A DNA stretch of 64,000 nt from Phycisphaerales bacterium (lineage in GTDB: Bacteria > Planctomycetota > Phycisphaerae > WQYP01): NCBI GenBank assembly GCA_027451365.1, contig DAIDJN010000041.1, positions 96,001 through 160,000 on the forward strand, in the 5' to 3' direction. Below are positions 57,501 through 64,000 of the stretch, piece after piece. Position 1 is the first letter of the stretch; the number at the start of each line of letters is the position of its first letter. A program made the translations under genes and the position numbers. The notes beneath the pieces are model-generated. The model was not told where the DNA came from, made no database searches, and saw nothing but the letters and a program-made list of their open reading frames with translations.

Positions 57501-57660
57501 TATTGCCAGCGGTGCCGGCGCGGTCAGCCGTTTCGACATGGGCCTGATGATTGCCTCGGGGCTTTCCATTGGTTGTCTGTTTTCACTTTATATTATTCCC
57601 GTGGCCTACACCTACATTGCCAGTGTCAAGCCGCGCATAACGACGGCCGTAAAGGAATAG
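54580..57660 (+). CDS. RND efflux permease (MexW/MexI-like)
   Basis: VREYP, GLVVDDAIIMVEN, LIGLITKQGILIVEFAN and RLRPILMTT motifs. Confidence 0.95.
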   Translation: MKFTDIFVKRWVLASAINLIILIMGVRSWLGMTVREYPNIVNAVVTVTTSYPGASPEIVQGFITARLEQAIAQAPDIDYMTATSAESTSAISVYMKLNTNPSSAVAQILAKVKQVASQLPPESQSPVINETVGDSRALMYLAFYSKTMNQQQIVDYLLRVVQPQVQAIPGVSQAQILPPGTGSSGNSYAVRVWLHPNKMAALGITAADVSTALAENNYISAVGRIKGKNIAKVITATTSLNNIDQFQKLIVSYVNGAPIYLKDVARVELGAQSYNSAVYLNGIPATFIGITPTPDANDLTVAHLAHVLFRHIQKSVPSGMHATIGYDGSIYITKAIQEVYHTVGITLGIVVLVVFLFLGSLRSLLIPMVAIPLSVLGGGIFMVAAGFSVNLLTMLAVILAIGLVVDDAIIMVENIHRHIDEGLTPFNAAIKGARELAGPIVVMSTTLAAVFAPIGFMGGLTGSLFTEFAFTLVFTVLVSMVVALTLSPMMGSKLLRPSKDHGLVHTLDMLFAGLRRMYDASLELVLEIRPVVLLIAVAIFVSIPFLVMGAKSELAPTEDQGILFFTATGPPTATLHYMNAYAKQIRNICRSFPQSDNIFQVNGFSPIGPGQNALIGGMLLKPWDQRTMTQMQLQPELQKKLAGVAGLQVTSFALPSLPGTPLGLPIQFVLTSTKGYKDLDLAANHLIASAYKSGQFLFVTKDLRYDNPQIKLIIHRNIAAALGLNMTQIGLNLEPLLGGNFVNRFDLQGRSYKVIPQLADPRRATSQMLNNYYARTASGAMVPFSTFITIDHVVRPEFLPQFQQQNAVTIQALPKPGVSMGQALTFLKNEKQKLYPTGYGIDYGAASRQFIQEGSGIYITFLLAVVLVFLLMAAQFESFRDPLIVLFTVPMSIFGAITFLFLGISTLNIYTEVGLITLIGLITKQGILIVEFANRVQEEEGLDRKAAVIKASSVRLRPILMTTGAMVFGVVPLLIASGAGAVSRFDMGLMIASGLSIGCLFSLYIIPVAYTYIASVKPRITTAVKE

Positions 57661-57792
57661 TTCGGAGAAAATCGGGCTGATTCGCCCTCCGTTAGGATAT
57701 TCTACCCAACGATCGCCCGGTCTGAATTCCTGGCACCGCCGCCGGGCCATAGGCTCGCGCCCGCAATCCGCCATGGCCATGCACAAGCATGG

Positions 57793-58284
57793 TTATGGCA
57801 GAATGTCCACCGGCGTGCCCACTGCACAAATCGCGAAAAGCTCCGCCATGTCCGGATTGCATAATGCCACGCAGCCGGCAGTGCCGGTTCGGCCCTCGGC
57901 GCAGCCATGAATAAATATTTCGCCGCCCAATGGTGTTTTCCAGACTCGGTCCTGCACGACTGGATCGGTTAAATCCCCTTCGGCCAGGTCCCGTATCAGA
58001 CGGGTGAATTGATCTAACGTTAAAAGTCCGGTTTCCAGGCCGCGTATGGCGTCTGATTCATTCGGATAATTCAAGCCCAGCGAAAGAAAAAACCGGCTTT
58101 CCGGATTGCGAAACACCACACGGAAATGACCCAGTGGCGTTTTCCGATCACCCTCCACTTCCTTGTCCCCGACACAACTGCCGGTAATGCAGGCATAGCG
58201 GGCAATCGTGCACCCTGCGCTGATCACTTCCAGCATATGTTGTGATTTGGTCACACGCAATTGAATATCGTTTCGCAAGGTCAT
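57793..58284 (-). CDS. L,D-transpeptidase (YkuD) family protein
   Basis: GDKEVEGDRKTP.G, S.F.LSLGLNYPN and GGEIFIHG.....TAGC motifs. Confidence 0.88.
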   Translation of the reverse strand: MTLRNDIQLRVTKSQHMLEVISAGCTIARYACITGSCVGDKEVEGDRKTPLGHFRVVFRNPESRFFLSLGLNYPNESDAIRGLETGLLTLDQFTRLIRDLAEGDLTDPVVQDRVWKTPLGGEIFIHGCAEGRTGTAGCVALCNPDMAELFAICAVGTPVDILP

Positions 58285-59411
58285 GGCTTACCTTCCGGGT
58301 GGTGATACCGCTGATCAAAATAATAAACCGGATAAGCGATTAATTCACGCAGCATGGAAAATGGATCGGTCTGCCGCCACTGGTGATTCACACTGGCCAC
58401 CGTCCAGGCCTGAATGCCGATTTGTGCAAAGGCCAGTCGGGTGCGCGGCAGGTGGTAATCTGAACTGATGGCCACAACGGTTGTAAATCCGCGCTGCCGC
58501 ATGACTTTTTTCGTATTAAACGCCGTGAACCGGGTATTGTCGCCATGAAAATCCAGAATGATCCGGTCGCGCGGTACCCCGCCCGCCAATGCGATTTTCA
58601 GCATGGCGTCCGGCTGATTGTTGCGGGAAACCTTCGGGCCATCCGAAGCCGATCCGCTTAACATGAGATAGCCAATACGATGTTCCTTAAATAATGTCAC
58701 CCCCGTCAGGGTGCGGTTGCGCATGGATCTGTCGCAAATATCTCCAGGCAGTACCGCGTGTCCGAGTACCACGCCAAGGTCAGCTTTTACTCCGGCCGGT
58801 GGCGGATTAGCACGGAATTCAAAGCCAAATACCCATATCATCAGCATCACAAACAGCACGCCAAATGCGCGACCAGGCCCCGTTTGGCGAATCAGCCGTT
58901 GTCCCTTTGCCGGTGCCGGCAGCAGGTGGTCAGGTGAAATGAACATGCGGGCCGGGTCAAATCCCAGCCACGCGGCCATGGCCAGCAGCACCAGCAGGCA
59001 CATCGGCGGGCCTATTTGCAGGTCCCCATGCCGCTGGTGCAGAAGGCGGTAATACCAGAACGTATTGGCCAGCAGTGTCAGCAGAACCAACCAGGAGGGT
59101 ATCAGCCACAGCCGATTCAGCCAGATACGTCGCTGCACGATATGCTGCGTAACGATCCGTTTGGCGGGGATGTCCAAATTGCGGCTTACGCCCAGACCTA
59201 CCAGTGAAATCAGCCATCCTATCAGCAGTGGTGTGGCCAGTGGTCCGGCAAAACGCAGATCGATCCAGCGGAAACTCTGACCTGTTAAAATACTGATTCC
59301 ACCCGCCCAGTAAATTGCCGATTCCAGACAACCGCCCGGCAGCGATGCGGCGGGCCACGCGCCGCGGTGCGGGACCTGATCCTCTGTAATTCGGCCGGTG
59401 CTATCAGCCAT
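58281..59411 (-). CDS. YdcF/DUF218 (SanA/ElyC-like) membrane protein
   Basis: N-terminal TMs, then VVLG, R...G, SG, GVP.DRI.LD..G.NT, SSDYHLPR and RE..A..Y. Confidence 0.85.
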   Translation of the reverse strand: MADSTGRITEDQVPHRGAWPAASLPGGCLESAIYWAGGISILTGQSFRWIDLRFAGPLATPLLIGWLISLVGLGVSRNLDIPAKRIVTQHIVQRRIWLNRLWLIPSWLVLLTLLANTFWYYRLLHQRHGDLQIGPPMCLLVLLAMAAWLGFDPARMFISPDHLLPAPAKGQRLIRQTGPGRAFGVLFVMLMIWVFGFEFRANPPPAGVKADLGVVLGHAVLPGDICDRSMRNRTLTGVTLFKEHRIGYLMLSGSASDGPKVSRNNQPDAMLKIALAGGVPRDRIILDFHGDNTRFTAFNTKKVMRQRGFTTVVAISSDYHLPRTRLAFAQIGIQAWTVASVNHQWRQTDPFSMLRELIAYPVYYFDQRYHHPEGKP

Positions 59412-59463
59412 GGATGATTTTCCATATTCACCACGGTCCGCTTCCGGTCCGTGGCTGCGATCA

Positions 59464-62157
59464 TCAGTTGGCCGCGGCGGCCGCTTCGCCAGCGACACGG
59501 ATACTGCCCCGCAGGTGAATCTGATCCGACGAACTGCCGAGCATAATATCCACAGTGGCCGGCCGCAGAACAAAATCGTGATCAGCTACATCCCAGTACC
59601 GAAGTGCCTCATCGCTGTGCGCAAGTGCCATGCTGACGGTCCGGGTCTGACCGGGCTTCAGATGAACGCGGTCAAAATTCACCAGTTGCAGCCTCGGCCG
59701 CTGAACTTTGCCGTCTCGGACATGAATATAAAGCTGGGCGACCGCATCGCCGGCGACCATACCGGTGTTGGTGATATCGCAGGCAATCTGCACGGTGCCG
59801 CCGGGCTTCAGCGTGTTGGCGCTGATGTTTAAGTTTGTGAAATCAAATGTGGTGTAGCTCAAGCCATGGCCAAAGGCGTAAAGGGGTCGGCCCTTAAAAT
59901 ACATGTATGTTCGTCCATGTCTAATATTGAAATCGTGGAATCGCGGCAACTGCTTGACGGATTTGAACCAGGTGGTGGAAAGTTTCCCGCCGGGGTTATA
60001 CGCCCCGAAAATCACATCCGCCAACGCATGGCCCTGCTGTTCTCCCAGAAAAAGGCCGCCCACAATCGCCGGCAGATTTTCCTGTTCCCAGTTCACCGCC
60101 ACAGGCGCGTTGGACGAAATAACCAGAACAGTCTTTGGATTGGCCGCGAAAACCGCCCGTGCCAGGGCATGTTGCGCGCCCGGCAGGCCGATATCCGTGC
60201 GGTCGTGGGCTTCCGCGCCCACCTGCTGGTCGGCACCCACAAACAGCAGAACCGCATCCGCATCCTTCGCGGCTTTCACCTCGGCGGCAAATTCATCCGC
60301 ATTTTCCGGCCCCGTTACAGTGCAGCCTCTGGCGTATATCACATCCACACCCGGATGCGCCGGCTGCGGTACGGGCGATGCCGGCGTCAGGCTGAAAGAC
60401 TGCACATTAAACAGATTCGGGTGGTTGCCCGCAAACCGCAGATACACATTATGTTCCCCCTGTATCGGAGAAATTGGCGCGGATACATTCACCCATTTCT
60501 GCCAGTGGCCGGTGCCTTTGATGGACAGTTTGCAGACCAGCGGTCCGGTCAGGCTGTCGAGTCGCACTTCCATCGTGCCGCCACTTGTCGCGCTGGCCAC
60601 CCGTGCGGTGAAGGTGTCGGCACCGGTGAACAGCACGTTGCCATAACTGACCCACGAACCGTTGTTGATATAGCCAATATCCTGGCCGCCTTCAACACAT
60701 GGTTCGGTTTGCGGGGTCCCGGAAATCTGTAAGAAATCCGCGGCCCGCTTGCTGTAGGATGGTCCGGAGGCGATGCCGAAATGCTCGTAAATTCCGCGCA
60801 GTGGTGAAACTCTGAAACTCGGTTGGCCACTGTAATTTCCCAGATGACAGGTATCCGCCATCGGTCCGATGACTGCGAGTTTTCTGATCTGAGATTTCTT
60901 CAGAGGCAACATTCCGTTGTCGTTTTTAAACAGCACAATCGACTGTCGCGCTATGTCACGGGCCAGTTCCCTGTGGGCCGGACTTTCCAGGCAGGAAATC
61001 GGGATGTTGCTGTACGGAATCTGATCCTGCGGGTCAAAGTTCCCCAGCAGAATGCGGCCGGTGATACTGCGGACCAGCGAATGGTCCAGTGTTTCCTCGC
61101 CAATCAGTTCCTTGTTCACCGCCTCCATCAGGTGTCCCGGCATGGTCCCGCCGCAGTTAATGTCGCAACCCGCGTTCACGGCCATGGCGGCCGCCTCCGC
61201 ATCGGTGGCCACAAAATGGTGTGTCCGGTGAATATCCCCCACAGCATCGCAATCCGACACCACATAGCCGCGGAATCCCCAGCGTCCGCGCAGCAGGTCG
61301 GTCAGTAGAAACGGGTTGCCTGTGGTGGGAACGCCGTTCATCGAGTTATAGGAACTCATGAACGTGAAAACTTTACCCCGCGTGACGCAGGCATGAAAGC
61401 CGCGGGAGTAATATTCCCAGAAACTGCGTGGGTCCACGCTTTCAGATACTTCCTCGCGGTCTGAATCCGTATCATTCAGAATAAAATGCTTGGCACAGGC
61501 GATCGTCTTAAGATATTTATCGTTATCTCCCTGCATGCCATGGATTGTTTGCACCGCCATTTCAGCCACCAGGCACGGGTCTTCACTGTAATTTTCGCCA
61601 ATGCGGCCCCAGCGGGGGTCGCGCGTGCCCATATTGACAGTGGGTGGCGAAAACATCGCCAGACCCTGGCCGTTCTTCTTGTGCCACGCCCACACTTCAT
61701 CGCTGACCGCCGTGAAGACCCGCTTGACCAGCGCCCGGTTAAAGGAACAGCCCATCGCCAGCGGCAGGGGAAAACTGGTAATCGGGCCGCCATGAATCAG
61801 GCCGTGCAGCGCTTCACTGGCGTAATAATTAAACGCCGGCATGCCCAGTCGTGGTATCGCCGGTACTCCATTGCCGAATTGGCTGATCTTTTCCGCCAGT
61901 GTCATGCGGGATACCAGCGAAGCAGCTTTGCGGCGGGCGCTTTGGAAATTGGCCAAGGATATTCCGCCCGTGTCCAGCGCGGTGGATGACGCTTCGCCCG
62001 GAAAGTCAACGCCATCCGCGGTGCGGGTCCCCGCCGTCAGGTCGCCGGGGGTCTGGCAGCCCGCCACCGCTGCGGCTGATCCGGCCGCTGCGGCCAGAGC
62101 CAGAAAATCACGCCGATTAAGATTTAAACCACGTTCGGATTTTGAAACTTTGGGCAT
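59464..62157 (-). CDS. GH3 beta-glucosidase/xylosidase, Tat-exported lipoprotein with inserted CBM6
   Basis: NRRDFL Tat motif, VAGC lipobox, EALHG, RDPRWGR..E..SEDP, AKHF, VVSDC. CBM6 segment IGYINNGSWV.Y..RVAS..GG..EVRLDS..TG.WQ.W; C-terminal Fn3-like domain. Confidence 0.93.
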   Translation of the reverse strand: MPKVSKSERGLNLNRRDFLALAAAAGSAAAVAGCQTPGDLTAGTRTADGVDFPGEASSTALDTGGISLANFQSARRKAASLVSRMTLAEKISQFGNGVPAIPRLGMPAFNYYASEALHGLIHGGPITSFPLPLAMGCSFNRALVKRVFTAVSDEVWAWHKKNGQGLAMFSPPTVNMGTRDPRWGRIGENYSEDPCLVAEMAVQTIHGMQGDNDKYLKTIACAKHFILNDTDSDREEVSESVDPRSFWEYYSRGFHACVTRGKVFTFMSSYNSMNGVPTTGNPFLLTDLLRGRWGFRGYVVSDCDAVGDIHRTHHFVATDAEAAAMAVNAGCDINCGGTMPGHLMEAVNKELIGEETLDHSLVRSITGRILLGNFDPQDQIPYSNIPISCLESPAHRELARDIARQSIVLFKNDNGMLPLKKSQIRKLAVIGPMADTCHLGNYSGQPSFRVSPLRGIYEHFGIASGPSYSKRAADFLQISGTPQTEPCVEGGQDIGYINNGSWVSYGNVLFTGADTFTARVASATSGGTMEVRLDSLTGPLVCKLSIKGTGHWQKWVNVSAPISPIQGEHNVYLRFAGNHPNLFNVQSFSLTPASPVPQPAHPGVDVIYARGCTVTGPENADEFAAEVKAAKDADAVLLFVGADQQVGAEAHDRTDIGLPGAQHALARAVFAANPKTVLVISSNAPVAVNWEQENLPAIVGGLFLGEQQGHALADVIFGAYNPGGKLSTTWFKSVKQLPRFHDFNIRHGRTYMYFKGRPLYAFGHGLSYTTFDFTNLNISANTLKPGGTVQIACDITNTGMVAGDAVAQLYIHVRDGKVQRPRLQLVNFDRVHLKPGQTRTVSMALAHSDEALRYWDVADHDFVLRPATVDIMLGSSSDQIHLRGSIRVAGEAAAAAN

Positions 62158-62436
62158 GAGAAATCGTCTCCTGAAATAGGCCTTTTTCTGGAACTGTCAT
62201 GACATAGCCTGTCGGCCAGCCTGCGCGAATCTTAATTGTAACGAGGCGGACTTTCAAATATTGCCCGTCGCGGCCGGCAACTGCCGTCTAGCCGCTTTTA
62301 ACGGTAAGGAAAAATATTGCTTCATATAATCGGGTGTGCCGGCTTAAAACGGGTCTCGTGGAGCGGCTTCGGTTGCGGTATGATTCCCGCTGCGGATAGT
62401 CCGCCGATGGCAGAAAAATTAAACGCGAGGATTCCC

Positions 62437-62916
62437 ATGGCCGCAATCGTTGAAACAACCCGTGATCTGGCAATAGAACTCGCGTGGCTTCCGCATGGCC
62501 GCGGGTTGGACGTTCCCGCTTATCAGACACTGCTTTCCGCCGGTATGGACCTGCAGGCCGCGATCGGCGAACCGGTCGTGCTGGAGCCATTGGATCGCAA
62601 GGCGATACCCTGCGGCTTTGTTATGGCATTGCCCGCCGGCTACGAGGCACAGGTACGCGCGCGTTCCGGGTTGGCGTTGAAGCATGGCATAGGCATGCCC
62701 AACAGTCCCGGCACGATAGATGCCGACTACCGGGGTGAATTAATGGTGATTCTGATTAACTTCAGCCGCCAGCCCTTTACTATCGCGCGCGGCATGCGTA
62801 TTGCCCAGATGGTGATCGCCCCGGTGACACGGGCCTCCTGGACCGTGGTGGAGGACCCGGCTGATCTTTCAACAACCCGGCGCGGCACCGGCGGGTTCGG
62901 CAGCACGGGGCAATAA
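62437..62916 (+). CDS. dut: dUTP diphosphatase
   Basis: SAGMDL, RSGLALKHG, NSPGTIDADYRGE, RIAQMV and RGTGGFGSTG motifs. Confidence 0.96.
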   Translation: MAAIVETTRDLAIELAWLPHGRGLDVPAYQTLLSAGMDLQAAIGEPVVLEPLDRKAIPCGFVMALPAGYEAQVRARSGLALKHGIGMPNSPGTIDADYRGELMVILINFSRQPFTIARGMRIAQMVIAPVTRASWTVVEDPADLSTTRRGTGGFGSTGQ

Positions 62917-62987
62917 ATGGCGCGCTTGGCGGGATGCGCCATGTGGCCTGCAGTTTTCAATTTCAGCCGCCGCGGTACAATTCTTTC

Positions 62988-64000
62988 ATGCAATACCTGA
63001 AAAAAATCCGATGGCTGAAATTCCTGGCTCTTTCGGCGGTCGCCGCGGGGATCGCTTCGGCCCCGGCGGTCCTGCTGGCTCGCGCCGGCGGAGGCGAAGG
63101 TTTTGGTGGCGGCGGATTCGGCGGCGGCGGTGGGGGTGGCGGCAGTGGCAATGGCGGCTCCGCGTTTGTGCAGTTGATTATCTGGCTGCTGATTGTGCAC
63201 CCGGCCATAGGCATTCCGGTTCTGATTGCCGCCTGCGTCATTTATTATTTCACACATACCACGGTCGCTGGCGCGGTGCGCAATTCAAGGCAAACCCGCG
63301 GGCTTGCTGCGCAGGATCAAAACGCCGAATCTGTTGGAGTGTTGGCGCTTCAACAAACCGATCCGGATTTTAAGCCAGAGCAGTTTTATCAGCGGGTCAG
63401 CGGCGCATTTATGAAAATTCAGGAAGCCTGGTGCGCCCAGAATGTTGCGGCAGTGCGCCCCTTTATTTCCGATGGTGTGCACGAACGCTTTCGTCTGCAG
63501 TTTCTGGAACAGCAGGCCGAAGGAACGCGCGACCGCATGTCCGGCATCGCGATAGAACAAATTCAACTGGTGCAGGTTTCTTCGGATAATCTGTTTGATA
63601 CCGCGGTGGTTCGGATTGACGCGGCCGCGGTAGATCAAACCATTTCAAGTGTGGATGGTCGCGTGATTTCCGGTTCCGGCGAAAGCAGTGAATTCGCGGA
63701 ATACTGGTCGTTTCTGCGGGCACGCGGAGCTAAAACACTCGACAAAAATGGCCTGCTTGAGGGCAATTGCCCGAATTGCGGCGCACCGGTCGAACTCAAT
63801 GCCGGTGCCGAGTGCCAAAGCTGTCATGCCCAGCTCCGCAGCGGCCAATATGACTGGGTGCTGGTGGAAATTACCCAGGAATCTGAATGGCGCGCGGAAT
63901 TTGATCGCGCCCTGCCAGGCGTGCCGGAGATTCAGCGCCAGGACCCGAACTTTACTTTGGCGGACCTTGAGGACCGCGTTTCCGTGATCTTCTGGCGGAA
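62988..64000 (+). CDS. Tim44-like domain protein with zinc ribbon (3'-truncated by window edge; absent from ORF track)
   Basis: MQYLKKIRW..ARAGGG Gly-rich leader, TM, PDF....F...V..AF..IQEAW, FAEYWSFLR, CPNCGAP...CQSC, DWVL.EITQ, then a second DPNF domain starts. Confidence 0.85.
   Translation, partial: MQYLKKIRWLKFLALSAVAAGIASAPAVLLARAGGGEGFGGGGFGGGGGGGGSGNGGSAFVQLIIWLLIVHPAIGIPVLIAACVIYYFTHTTVAGAVRNSRQTRGLAAQDQNAESVGVLALQQTDPDFKPEQFYQRVSGAFMKIQEAWCAQNVAAVRPFISDGVHERFRLQFLEQQAEGTRDRMSGIAIEQIQLVQVSSDNLFDTAVVRIDAAAVDQTISSVDGRVISGSGESSEFAEYWSFLRARGAKTLDKNGLLEGNCPNCGAPVELNAGAECQSCHAQLRSGQYDWVLVEITQESEWRAEFDRALPGVPEIQRQDPNFTLADLEDRVSVIFWR

Noticed and set aside
55651..60732. Long antisense ORFs (e.g. 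55651-56412, 59866-60732; also 35223-35996 and 48206-49024)
   Set aside because: Shadow frames of well-supported genes in GC-rich DNA.

Overview
A 64-kb, GC-rich bacterial chromosome segment, most likely from a Planctomycetota (Phycisphaerae-like) genome. This is inferred from the gene families, a CCA-less tRNA, planctomycete-style REP palindromes and many PEP-CTERM-like proteins. Housekeeping and metabolic genes include tRNA-Arg(TCT), murJ, yidC, recN, dut, siroheme-dependent (Ahb) heme synthesis genes, a BMP-type ABC importer, a TetR-controlled RND pump and glycan hydrolases/esterases. The accessory content is more interesting. (i) A cytochrome c - beta-barrel porin - cytochrome c lipoprotein operon sits behind a perfect Rex/CRP-type palindrome. 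(ii) A ~9-kb island (39.5-48.7 kb) has five sigma54 -24/-12 promoters, three copies of a tandem enhancer-like motif, two DUF3494 ice-binding-family paralogs, a GGDEF protein and an atypical enhancer-binding protein. (iii) Inside that island is a 1.15-kb three-level nested REP-like array (14 bp / ~250 bp / 511 bp) with a decayed copy nearby. (iv) Five surface proteins have a PLP/PVP rather than PEP sorting signal. (v) A Doc toxin has its catalytic His replaced by Arg. (vi) There is also a specialised Hsp70 with a J-like partner, a BglII/BstYI-type R-M pair and an IS3 remnant. No CRISPR array or rRNA was seen. All family calls come from motif recognition by eye; no database search was run.
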